Below are positions 36,769 through 47,945 of a stretch of DNA of 64,000 nucleotides, in pieces. Source of the stretch: Mantamonas sphyraenae STR306 (taxonomy: Eukaryota; Protista; CRuMs); assembly GCA_026936335.1 (NCBI GenBank), contig JAPMXV010000069.1, positions 62,001 to 126,000 of the forward strand, written 5' to 3'. The position numbers and the translations under genes were made by a program. Position 1 is the stretch's first letter; every line of letters starts with the position of its first letter. The notes beneath the pieces are model-generated. The model was not told the DNA's origin, made no database searches, and saw only the letters and a program-made list of their open reading frames with translations.

Positions 36769-37992
36769 TCAGGCCACAACCTCGAAATTCTTGGTAGAAT
36801 CGGCCTCGGCAAGGACGGCGAGGAGCTTGCGGACGGAATCGGCCTCGTTGGAGTCGTCGCCGTACTTGTCGACAATGTTCTCCAACTCCTCCTTGAGAAA
36901 GAGGCGTTCGTCACGGAGGGCATTCTGCAGACGTTCGTGCTGTGTGGGTGTGCGTCTCTGGTAGGGCAGCATGGCAAGTTTCTGTTGCGGGCTCTCCTGC
37001 TCCAGCAGACTCTGGGGACTGGATTGGGAGACGTCGAGCACAATGGTGATGTGTTCGCTTAGGGAGTACTCACTCCAGCCACGGCTGCCTTCGAGTTGCA
37101 CAATGTCGTCCATGGGGTCGCTGTCGCCCTGTTCGGCCGCGGCCTCCTCGTCCGTGGTGGAGGGCGGCTGCAGCTCGCGCGGACATGCTTCACGCGGGAT
37201 GAACAGAGCCATCTGGGCCCTGTCTCTGCTGGCGGACACATTAAACTTTTTACACACCGCCTTCTGTACAGCGGCCACCGAATCTTCCGTCTTGACGGAG
37301 ATCAGCTTCATGGCCATTTCTCGCGGGTACAGGAATTTGTACTGCGTCGTGGGCTGCTTGGAAAACAGCTTGCTCACTGTCGACGAACGCGACCGACGCG
37401 TAGGCGTGCCTTCGTCACCGCTGCCCACCCTGTGTGTCATCCATGCCCCATGAGTGTCAGTGTGTGCCAAGGAAGGGGCCCCTTTTTTAACCAAAGGGGG
37501 GGGGGGCTGGGGCCAAAGGTGGTCGTTGCTGGCAAAAGCCCTCTGGCAAGCGACGGCTGTACAGGCCCATGGTGCCATGCTTACGTACCCGCTGTCGCTG
37601 GCATGGCGCTGAAAGATGCTTCCTGTGCGTCCTCGCGAACGTCGTTTGGTCTGTTGTTGCTCGTCGTCGCTGGGGCTGGAGCCGTCGTCTGTCGACGAGC
37701 CTCCGCCGATGACGCCGCCGTCGGCCCTGGTGGAGTCGCTGGTGGTACGCGACAGTTTGGACTTGAGGAAGCCACTCATGCGCTTGCGTGCACTGCTCTC
37801 GCTATTGCTACGCGACGCATTCAGGGATCCCTCGGAGCTGTTGGAGCGCAGGCCACCCGGTGCTTCGTCGTCGCTGCGTCCTCCGCTGCTTGCCGGCGAC
37901 ACGCTCCCATCACGCTCCTCCTCGCCCCTCCGCGACTTTTTCAGCTTCCCACGCAATTCGGCCGACTTGGACACGCGCAAAAGGCCAGACAT
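36769..37992 (-). CDS. Unknown protein with Ser/Arg-rich N-terminus and probable ubiquitin-like (beta-grasp) domain; intron 37430-37588
   Basis: Spliced ORF. YKFLYP...KLISVKTEDSVAAVQKAVCKKF...MALFIP...LEGSR.WSEYSL pattern resembles Ubl/FERM-F0 folds. Confidence 0.6.
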   Translation of the reverse strand: MSGLLRVSKSAELRGKLKKSRRGEEERDGSVSPASSGGRSDDEAPGGLRSNSSEGSLNASRSNSESSARKRMSGFLKSKLSRTTSDSTRADGGVIGGGSSTDDGSSPSDDEQQQTKRRSRGRTGSIFQRHASDSGYVSMAPWACTAVACQRAFASNDHLWPQPPPPLVKKGAPSLAHTDTHGAWMTHRVGSGDEGTPTRRSRSSTVSKLFSKQPTTQYKFLYPREMAMKLISVKTEDSVAAVQKAVCKKFNVSASRDRAQMALFIPREACPRELQPPSTTDEEAAAEQGDSDPMDDIVQLEGSRGWSEYSLSEHITIVLDVSQSSPQSLLEQESPQQKLAMLPYQRRTPTQHERLQNALRDERLFLKEELENIVDKYGDDSNEADSVRKLLAVLAEADSTKNFEVVA

Positions 37993-38107
37993 TCCGTATG
38001 AGGTGAGACTGGCTTTGGTTGCAACTGTGCGTGTGTGCGCGTGGGGGGAAATGGGGGCCGCGGTTGACTTGCTTGCGCTGGCGTGCGGAACGAATACATA
38101 ATCCAAC

Positions 38108-39682
38108 ATGGAATCCACCGAGACTGCATTGAACGATCAACGCACGTCCAATGCACCTGCAAAGTCGCCTGTGACTACCACTGCTGCTGCTGTCGAGGAG
38201 AAACCAGGCCGCCCGAAGCCCTTTTTGGCTGAGTCGTCTTCGGATGTCGACGGCGACGACGCCACAGCAAGCATTGCCTCGTTTTTGGATGAACAACGCA
38301 CACCAGTGCTTTCGGCACCCTTTGCCATATTGAGCCTGTTGGTAATTCCTGCGGCTGTGGTGGCAGGTCTGTTGATGGTGCCTGTACGCGGACTCGGAGA
38401 CTTTTCCACTTCGAGCATTAACGGCGTCTCGGCGGCCATGTGGGGCTTTTTGGTGCACGGCGTCACCACAGGCGTGGCCAACGTGTCGATCCTACTGCTG
38501 GCCTCACTGTTTCTGGATCGCGTGTTTGCCGATGTGTCCTTGTTGGCAGCATGGATGGTGGGGGGCATGCTGGGCGTCGGTTTGCTCGATTCGCTTCTCT
38601 ACGACCTTCCGTTCTCCTGGATCTGGTGCGCCGTGGCCATCCTGGCTCTGCTGGCTGCCTTCATTTTGGTGGTGTTTGCCCAACGCCCGCGTCGTTACGG
38701 CCAGTCGCGCGTGGGCAGCGGGATCGAGGGCGGCGAGAGTCGCACGAACGAGGACGGGGTGAGCGATGAAGCCGGAATCCCGAGCTCGGCGTCATTGTCC
38801 TTTTGGTACCGCTATTTGGACATTTGGGAAACCGCAGGCACGGTGGCAGTGTTTGTGCTGTTGAATCTGCTGGGCTCTGCGGCTGTACACATGTACCCGC
38901 TGTCCACCGACGACCGGTTGGTTGTGGCTCTGCTGTGGGTGCCTGCGCTGTACATTCCCACACAAGCACTGACGGCAGTGTGTGGTCGCATCGACCGTGA
39001 GTACTTTGCTGGTGGTGATGATCGCAAGAGCACGGCCCTGCGTAGCTTTGCCACGTGGAGTGCCCGTCTGTTTCAGTGTGTGTTTGTGCACTCGCTGTTG
39101 CATCTGCTCGACGACGCCGCACGCATGGTGCTTCTCATTGTGGAACAGGCCCTGGTGTTGCTGTACTTTGTCGTGTGGATGGAGCTGTTTGCCCCACGCA
39201 GGCAGTTGCTGCGCAACTGTGCCTCCTCCTTGCCCTCCCTCCGTGTGTGGATCAACGACCTGTGGCCAGACGTGGAGCAACCTGAGTTCCGTGCCATGGG
39301 CGCACGCAATGCCTTTTGGCTGCTGATGGCCCAGCTGTACAGCGTCGGCGCCCTGTTGCTCCAATCCTACCTCCTGCGTCAGAGTGGTGCCAACGCATCG
39401 CTGTACGGCATTGGACGCATGAGCGAAACTGCGTACGCCCAATTGCAATCGTTCCTGCTGCTCCTGCTGGCCGTGCAGGCTGGCACTGCCCTGGTCCTGT
39501 GGCTATGGTTCCGCGTGCGCCACGGTGTCAACTATCTTGACCATGGCGCACGTGAACTGCGCAGCTGGCGTTGCTTCGCCTTGGCCCTGGCCATGGCCCT
39601 CATCATTTCCTCCTCCTCATGGTTTCCACAGCTGCAGCGCGGCAACGAGTTTGTGCGTTTTGCGGAGCAGATCTCCGCCTGA
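38108..39682 (+). CDS. Polytopic membrane protein of unknown function (about 10-12 TM)
   Basis: 524-aa uninterrupted ORF with many hydrophobic segments. No family recognised. Confidence 0.75.
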   Translation: MESTETALNDQRTSNAPAKSPVTTTAAAVEEKPGRPKPFLAESSSDVDGDDATASIASFLDEQRTPVLSAPFAILSLLVIPAAVVAGLLMVPVRGLGDFSTSSINGVSAAMWGFLVHGVTTGVANVSILLLASLFLDRVFADVSLLAAWMVGGMLGVGLLDSLLYDLPFSWIWCAVAILALLAAFILVVFAQRPRRYGQSRVGSGIEGGESRTNEDGVSDEAGIPSSASLSFWYRYLDIWETAGTVAVFVLLNLLGSAAVHMYPLSTDDRLVVALLWVPALYIPTQALTAVCGRIDREYFAGGDDRKSTALRSFATWSARLFQCVFVHSLLHLLDDAARMVLLIVEQALVLLYFVVWMELFAPRRQLLRNCASSLPSLRVWINDLWPDVEQPEFRAMGARNAFWLLMAQLYSVGALLLQSYLLRQSGANASLYGIGRMSETAYAQLQSFLLLLLAVQAGTALVLWLWFRVRHGVNYLDHGARELRSWRCFALALAMALIISSSSWFPQLQRGNEFVRFAEQISA

Positions 39683-40160
39683 CAGCTGTCCTGTCTGCTC
39701 CCCCCCTTCCTTCCCAACTGTATTTCTCAACGCACGCGCGCGCGGGGGGGGAGGGGGGAGAGGAGGGTTGGCGCCCTTCAATGACCATCATGTGTGGGTG
39801 TATGCGTGGTGGGTGAGTGCTTGCCTCGGTGGGTTTTCCGTTTGTCGTCGAGGCAAAGCACCAACGAAATGGACATCCTGTACCAACAGAGTTGCAGTCG
39901 TGTGTATGGCCGTGCCCGCTCGGCCAGTTTTCTGATCGATCAATGATGCCCTGCCAACTCAGTCGGTCTTCCAGACCGCCGCCAGCTGCCCAAACAGAAT
40001 CCTTGGAGCTCCCACACAAGAATCCACTTGTGTTCCACACAGCACTGCACAAAGGGGGGCCCACTGTGTAGGAAGAGAGAGCAGCAAAGTGGCACGGGGG
40101 GGCTTGCAGCAAACACACCGACAAGGTTGAAAAAAAAACCACATTGCGATTGAAAAGAGC

Positions 40161-41273
40161 ATGAGCAGCAACAACCGTCCGCAACGCAAGCGCAAAGCGG
40201 AGGAGGAGGACGATGACTCATGGGTGGACGATGCATCTGAGACGAGCGACCCACCGCGGTCGGCAACAAGCAGGGCACGTGAGGCGGATTGGTACGAGGC
40301 GGCCAAGGTGGCCATGGGGCAACCGCACAGCAAGCGCAAGCGCACGGAGCGGATTCGCTTTCCGCAACGCTTGTATGCGCTGCTGGAGAAGAATGAGGGC
40401 ATGGAGAGCAACGAACGATACATGGAATGGGCGGAGCCCGATGCCAACGGCGTTGTCAACTCGCTGGTCATCTACAACATGATGACTGTGAGCGACGAGC
40501 TGCAGATCAAGGTCGACACCCTGATGGGCGAGCTGCGTAAGCACGGCTTCAGCGTGGTGCGCAGCAACAAAGACGTGCGCAGCCACCGTGTCTCTCGCTT
40601 CCACCATCCACTCTTCATCCGTGGCAACCTCGACAGCGTGGCCATGGTGCTGCGCAAGCAGAAGCGCTCCAAAAGCGTGGGCAGCGCAGGAAGCGGCGGC
40701 GGCGGAGCGCAAGTGGGCACCCCAAACTCCGTCGACAGCGATGGAAGCTCAAGCGGCGTACGTGCCTCCAGCAACCACCATAGCACCAATGGCAGCAACA
40801 ACAACTACAGCATGAACACATCGTCGTCGTCGTCGTCGTCGTCATCCGGCAGCAGTGGAGGAGGCGGAGGAGGAGGCGGAGAGGAGCGACGGCCTCGGAC
40901 AGTGCGTTTCCCTCACAAACTGGTGGCATTGCTGGACATGAACATGGAAACACCGTGGGAGCAACGGTTCATGGAATGGGGCTCACCCAACGAGCAGGGG
41001 ATCACCAACACGTTTGTGGTGTACGACTTTGCCACGGTGTGCGATCACCTGCGCATCAAGGTGGACACTCTCATGGGCGAACTGCGCAAACACGGCTTCA
41101 CCACAACCGTCAGCACCCTCAAGTCACCCAAGGCCTTCCGTTTCCAGGCCTTCATCCATCCCGACTTTGTACGCGAGGACCTGTCCCGTCTGCGCCTGGT
41201 GGTGCGCAAGAAAAAGAAGAAGCGAGGCGGTGCAACGAACAACAACCACAACAACAACAGCAACGCCACCACC

Positions 41274-41305
<32 letters not shown>

Positions 41306-42368
41306 CTCGCACCCATCCTCATCCTCATCTTCTTCGTCGTCGTCCGGTTCATCGAACGCACGTCACATGTCGTCGTCGTCGTCGACCACAAGCAGCCACG
41401 GCACAAGCGAAGAAAGCGGAACGCCGGTCAGCGCAGAGTTCGACTCGGAACCATGGACAGGACCCACGGCCACCATGACGGCCACCCCATTGACACCGGG
41501 TCTGTTGGTGTCTGGGCTTGCCAGGAGTGGCGAGGCGAAAACGCTGGGGGGCGGTGCCGGAGGGGCATCGACCAGCATCCTCATGCCCATCGACTTTTCC
41601 AACATGCCACTCGATGTACGCAAGAAGCTGCTGTATGGCCTCTTCCAGGGCATGGACAACAACGCACGCCATGACATCATGCACACCCTGCACCAAATGC
41701 ACGCCACTGGCGCTGAGGAGGAGGAGGAGGAGGAGGAGGAGGAGGAGGTGAACGACAAGAGCACGGGCAACCACCGCAACAACCACGCCTCAGGCGGTGG
41801 AAACGACGCCATGGACAGCGAATCCGCAGGCAATCATCACCACGGTGGTGGTGGTGGTGGTGGCGGAGGTGGGGCAGGGTCGGGCGACGAGGGGGGACAC
41901 CACCACCACAACAAGAACGGCAGGCGAGAATCGTCGTCCTTTATGGGCCTGGGGATGGGGTTGGGCATGGGGATGGGAATGGCCATGGACAACCATGACA
42001 TGGTGATGCCCGTGATGCCTGTGTTGCCGTTTGCCACGCACCCTGCGTTGGCTCAGGCGGCAGCGTTGTTTCCCTGGCAAGATCCGTTTGAGATGCACAA
42101 GATGGACGACGGCTTTGGCGACGCCACCGAACGTGGCTCCTTTGCAAGCAGCAGCAGCAGCACAGAGTACAGCCCGTCGCCCACCAACACAACCATGCAC
42201 GCGGTGCCTCGTCTCCATTCGGTCCACTACGACCTGGAAGAGGTCATGGAGCAGGCTGAAAACGTTGCCCAGCGAGAGCGTCGACAGAGCAACTCACTGG
42301 CACACGAAGACTCCATCAGCTACGATGGTGGCTGGCAGGGCATGCTGGCAAGCTCCAGCACGCCGTAA
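40161..42368 (+). CDS. Transcription factor with two divergent HSF-type DNA-binding domains
   Basis: Two copies of FP.KL..LL...MEW......N.(L/F)V(I/V)Y......L.IKVDTLMGELRKHGF......F.HP.F.R......V.RK, followed by low-complexity tracts. Confidence 0.8.
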
Positions 42369-42406
42369 AATCCTTTTTCTTTCTTTGAAAACAGAACAGA
42401 ACATCA

Positions 42407-43632
<1,226 letters not shown>

Positions 43633-43806
43633 GCGGCGTCCTCCGGTTGGCTTTGAATTCGCTGGCCCCGAGTTCGCCAAAGGAATTTTCTGGCCTTCGC
43701 CCCCCACCCCCCAGCCCCGCACACACCGACGCCCGTCGTTTTGTGTTGCACATTGTCCGTGTGAACAAGAAAACGAAGCGTACCAATGTCCACACGAGCC
43801 AACGGC

Positions 43807-46800
43807 ATGGAGCGGAAGGCTCGACTGAAGGAGCAGATTCCCCAGCAGCACAAGACACGCTACAACCACGCACCCACAGGCCTGGGCACGTCCCCGTCCC
43901 GCCGGGCATCCACAAAGAAAGGCGACGGCGTGTCCACGGGGTATCAGGGCATGTCGTTTGCGCGTGCATCCACAGGCAGGTCGCCTGAACGCACACGGCA
44001 GGGCAACGACACCTTGCATGTCACTCACGAGGGCATTGAGCAGAGCCTGGGCACGTCCAAGTCCTCACCACACCGGATTGCGTCGCTGCACCAGGCCAAG
44101 AAAAAGATCACGTTGTCAGGAACCGACCAGGCGGCGTCCAATTCGAGCAAAAGCCACGTAACGGCACACGCTCACCTTAGCGTCGCCTCGCGCCGCAGCT
44201 CTGCGCCCACCACACGCATCCAACGGGCAGTGAGTGAAGACGAAAGCGAACTCAACACGCTCGTGGCACGCATCAATCCAAACTCCAAGCTGCTGCCCAT
44301 TTCCAGCCCGCGACGCGGATCGCTCGCTCACAAAGGCAAAGCCAAGCCCAAAGACGTGTCACCGCAACAGCGGCTGCCGCCCTCCATCGTGCCCAAAGAC
44401 CAGTACATTGTGGAAACGTCACCCATGCCCCCCAAGGAGGTGGAACGCTACACCACAGAGTATCGCGAGGACGACGAACTGTGGCACACCACCATCTTCC
44501 CTGCACAGAAGCCCACCGACCGACGGGACGTTCAGATCCTTTCCGACTGGCTGAACCAGCAACTGGACGAGTTGGCGTCATCCAAGCAAAAGGGCCAGGC
44601 GTACATGCACGAGGCGCAGCAGCTGTACAGCATTGCCTTTCAGGAGATCATGCGCCAGGTGCACGCACACTGCGCAGAGCGCGGCGAGCTGCTGGCGCTC
44701 ATTTGGCAGAAGAACATGGAAGTGTTCAAGCGCTTTGTGTCGCTGGTGATCCAGGAGCGAGAAGAGGTCAAGGCGCAGATTGAGGAGGACAGCGAACGGG
44801 AGCACCGGCTCAAGCGCAAGAAGCTGATTCGCATCATGAAACATGTGGAGGGCGAGGTGAGCATGGAAAAGATGAACATGGCGGCACAGATGGAAGGGGT
44901 GCAGAATGAGTTGCAGGAGCACAAGGAGCGCATTGCGGAGCTGGAACGCACCAACGCACACATCAAGTCCCTGAACGAACGCCTGGAAGACTCCATTCAC
45001 AACGAACGCATGCAACACAAAACTGCCCAGGAGCGCATGCGCAAAAGCAAGAAGCAACGCGACAAGGAGATGGCCTTGTTGCGGCATCAGCTGGAAACCC
45101 AGATGCTCAAGTTGCAACGGGTGCGTCAGCAGATGGCCAAGTATCGCAGCATAGCCAAGCAACTGACAGGCAGCCTGGATTTGGAAAAGGATGGCGTTGT
45201 GCTGAGTCAGCTGGCAGGGCTGACCAGCGAGCCCAGTGTGCTTAGCACAGCAGGGTCGTACGACGACACCGAGTTGGATGCGCAACTGCAACGTGTGCAT
45301 GCTCACGCGCTGTTGCAACAGGAGCAGGAACAGCAGCAGCAACAGATGATGCAACAGGGAAGTGTCATCCAGGCAGGTGACTTTGTACTGGTCCGGGACG
45401 ATGACGAGGACGACGAGGCCGAGGCCCGGCGAGCGCGTGTGAATTGTTGGAGCTCGGACGACTCGGACGACGAGGTGCGCTTGCTGGACGGCGACCGTGG
45501 CCATCAAGACGAGGTGTGGACCACGGACGACGAGTACAACAGCATGGAGGACAGCAGCGACGACGAGTGGGAGCAAGATGAGGACGGCCAATGGTTGCGC
45601 AGACCGAGCGCAATGACGGTGCAGACCTCGGACGTTGCCGCTGGTGACGATGACGCAGGTGAGAGCGAAGGAAGAGAGCAACAGGGAGAAAACGACGAGG
45701 ATGAGGAGGAAGAGAAGGCGGAGGGCGACGGCAATGAGCAAGGCCTCGCAGGGGAGTCCCCGTCCACTGGCACTCGCACGATGAAGGCATCATCCAGCCA
45801 GCGACGACGACAAGCACAGAAGGATGATGGAAACAATGAGGACGAGGATGTGTCCCACCAACAGACGGTGCTTGCCCAGATCCACGAGCTGTTGCAGGAG
45901 TTGCCGTCGCGCGTGAGCGACGAGGTGGAGATCTTCCGCAAGGCACTGGTGAGCACGGTGTTGGAAACCCAAGTGTACGCGCCCAAGGCAGAACGCATGG
46001 AAAAGGTGTTGGAAGTGCTCGAGGCACGCAAGGCGACCAAGGAGGCCGAGGAACGGGACCGCAGACGTGCGGAACGCAGACGCAATCGACGCAACTCGGT
46101 GCGCTACGCAAGCACCCAATCGCAGGCCGCACTGCCATCCACGCTGTCTACACTCAGCAGCACAGGCAGCGTCAGCAGTGGCACCTCGCCTCCTCGCACT
46201 CGTCGCCTGTCTGTGGCATCGTCCACGGGCAGCAGCGCCGTATTTGCCACGGTGCCGGAAGAGCAACAGCAGCAGCCTCGAGAGGATGGCCAAGGAGCCA
46301 TGTCAAGCACAGGCACAGGCACAGGCGAGGAGGAGGACGACGATGAGGTCAAGGCGCTGTTCAGCAATGATTACACGCCGATTGCGTACCATGCACATAC
46401 GAAACGGCTGTTTAGCTACCGCGATCTGGTGGACATGGTGGACGCAGGCGTGCAAACGGAGGTGTTGTTTGTGAAGGAGGCCAACAAGACGCTGGGCGTG
46501 GCGCCGCGGGTGTTGGGTTCGAGCACATTTTACCAAAAGTACTTTCCACACTCTGCAGACGCGCAAGAGGCCATCAAGGAGCAATGGGGCGAGTTTTTGC
46601 AGGATCACAAACCCAAGACCACAGACAACCAGAGCAAACGCAAGGGCAAACGCAAGGACAAGCGCTTGGCAAACGCGGAAGAGCATCATCAGAACAGGTC
46701 GTCGTCAGACAGTCTGGCAGGAAGAGGCGCGGGAGGAGGCCACCGTGGACACAGACGACTGCGAAAACGCAACTTGCACCTGCCATTCAAGCTGCGCAAG

Positions 46801-47943
46801 CTGCTCACAACGGTGCGCACGGACAAGACGGGCAACGTGGACGGCAAGGTCAAGCCGCAGAAGCGTGTGGCTCGTCTTGTGCAGACCCTGTTTGCGGAGA
46901 AGCACGCGCAGGACGAGATCAACGATCGCGAACACATCCATCGCAGTGCCCTGTTTGTGTTCACTCACGACCATTTGACACAACGGTACGGCCTCCGGCG
47001 CCTTGCCGAACGCCATCTCGTCGACCTGCTCATCTCGGTGCTGTACTACAAGGATCGCGACGCCGCCATTCGCATGTTTGGTCGCTTTGTGTTTTATCCC
47101 GACGAGTACGATTTGGCCTGCCTCAACTTTTATCTCAGCGCAATGGCGTACACAAAGTCGCTGCTGGGCTTGAGCATGTCCGATGTGGACGACCACGGCG
47201 GCCCCATCATGATCACTGTGCCCATGGGGCTCGAGGTGCTCAGCCACACGATGCCGTTCCTCATGCAGGATGAACCCAAGGTCGTGCAGGCGTTCACCTC
47301 CACGCTTCAGAACCTGGTCGACTTTGAAGAGGCTCGTCTGTACGCAGATGACCTGTACGAGGCATTGGTGGAGCTGTGGCGATCGTTGCGCACAGAGGAC
47401 ACACACCTGATCCAGGCGCTGTTTGATGCATGCGACCGCGACTTGGACGATCTCTTGGACCTGGCAGACTTTCAGCTGTTGTGCTCGCAGGCCAGCGAGC
47501 TGCGCGACAAGGAAGTCATTGCAGAGTACACACACATTACAGGCACGGATCACCTGCACGTCAAGGTGTCGTTTGAGCAGTTTGTGGGTGCCTCGGCCAT
47601 CGACGTGTTTATGTTCAAGCCCTTCCCAGAGTCCCTCAGCAACTACACGGACCAGCAGCTGGCTCGGCTGCTGCACACCTCATGGGAAGACTCCACCTTC
47701 AAGATGAACGGGGTCATGCAAAACATGCTTGCCGAGCTGCCGCACGAAGACTACCAGATCCTGCTGGAGCGTCGCGAAAAGGTAAAACACATGATGGAGG
47801 GCGAATCTGTGTCTGCCATGTGGTACTCATTTCGTCTGTTTATGGCCGATTTGGGCAACCGCCTCATGAGCGTGTACAAGCTCAATTCGCTCAACGCAGC
47901 CTTTCAGGGCAACGGTCTGCACGAGCTCGGCCGCCTGTGTTGA
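43807..47943 (+). CDS. Axonemal dynein light chain domain protein (AXDND1-like) with coiled coil and C-terminal EF-hand
   Basis: IFP..KPTDRRDVQIL..WL...L and YSIAFQEIMRQV..HCAERGELL match Ax_dynein_light. EF-hand DRDLDDLLDLADF. Confidence 0.75.
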   Translation: MERKARLKEQIPQQHKTRYNHAPTGLGTSPSRRASTKKGDGVSTGYQGMSFARASTGRSPERTRQGNDTLHVTHEGIEQSLGTSKSSPHRIASLHQAKKKITLSGTDQAASNSSKSHVTAHAHLSVASRRSSAPTTRIQRAVSEDESELNTLVARINPNSKLLPISSPRRGSLAHKGKAKPKDVSPQQRLPPSIVPKDQYIVETSPMPPKEVERYTTEYREDDELWHTTIFPAQKPTDRRDVQILSDWLNQQLDELASSKQKGQAYMHEAQQLYSIAFQEIMRQVHAHCAERGELLALIWQKNMEVFKRFVSLVIQEREEVKAQIEEDSEREHRLKRKKLIRIMKHVEGEVSMEKMNMAAQMEGVQNELQEHKERIAELERTNAHIKSLNERLEDSIHNERMQHKTAQERMRKSKKQRDKEMALLRHQLETQMLKLQRVRQQMAKYRSIAKQLTGSLDLEKDGVVLSQLAGLTSEPSVLSTAGSYDDTELDAQLQRVHAHALLQQEQEQQQQQMMQQGSVIQAGDFVLVRDDDEDDEAEARRARVNCWSSDDSDDEVRLLDGDRGHQDEVWTTDDEYNSMEDSSDDEWEQDEDGQWLRRPSAMTVQTSDVAAGDDDAGESEGREQQGENDEDEEEEKAEGDGNEQGLAGESPSTGTRTMKASSSQRRRQAQKDDGNNEDEDVSHQQTVLAQIHELLQELPSRVSDEVEIFRKALVSTVLETQVYAPKAERMEKVLEVLEARKATKEAEERDRRRAERRRNRRNSVRYASTQSQAALPSTLSTLSSTGSVSSGTSPPRTRRLSVASSTGSSAVFATVPEEQQQQPREDGQGAMSSTGTGTGEEEDDDEVKALFSNDYTPIAYHAHTKRLFSYRDLVDMVDAGVQTEVLFVKEANKTLGVAPRVLGSSTFYQKYFPHSADAQEAIKEQWGEFLQDHKPKTTDNQSKRKGKRKDKRLANAEEHHQNRSSSDSLAGRGAGGGHRGHRRLRKRNLHLPFKLRKLLTTVRTDKTGNVDGKVKPQKRVARLVQTLFAEKHAQDEINDREHIHRSALFVFTHDHLTQRYGLRRLAERHLVDLLISVLYYKDRDAAIRMFGRFVFYPDEYDLACLNFYLSAMAYTKSLLGLSMSDVDDHGGPIMITVPMGLEVLSHTMPFLMQDEPKVVQAFTSTLQNLVDFEEARLYADDLYEALVELWRSLRTEDTHLIQALFDACDRDLDDLLDLADFQLLCSQASELRDKEVIAEYTHITGTDHLHVKVSFEQFVGASAIDVFMFKPFPESLSNYTDQQLARLLHTSWEDSTFKMNGVMQNMLAELPHEDYQILLERREKVKHMMEGESVSAMWYSFRLFMADLGNRLMSVYKLNSLNAAFQGNGLHELGRLC

Positions 47944-47945
47944 GC

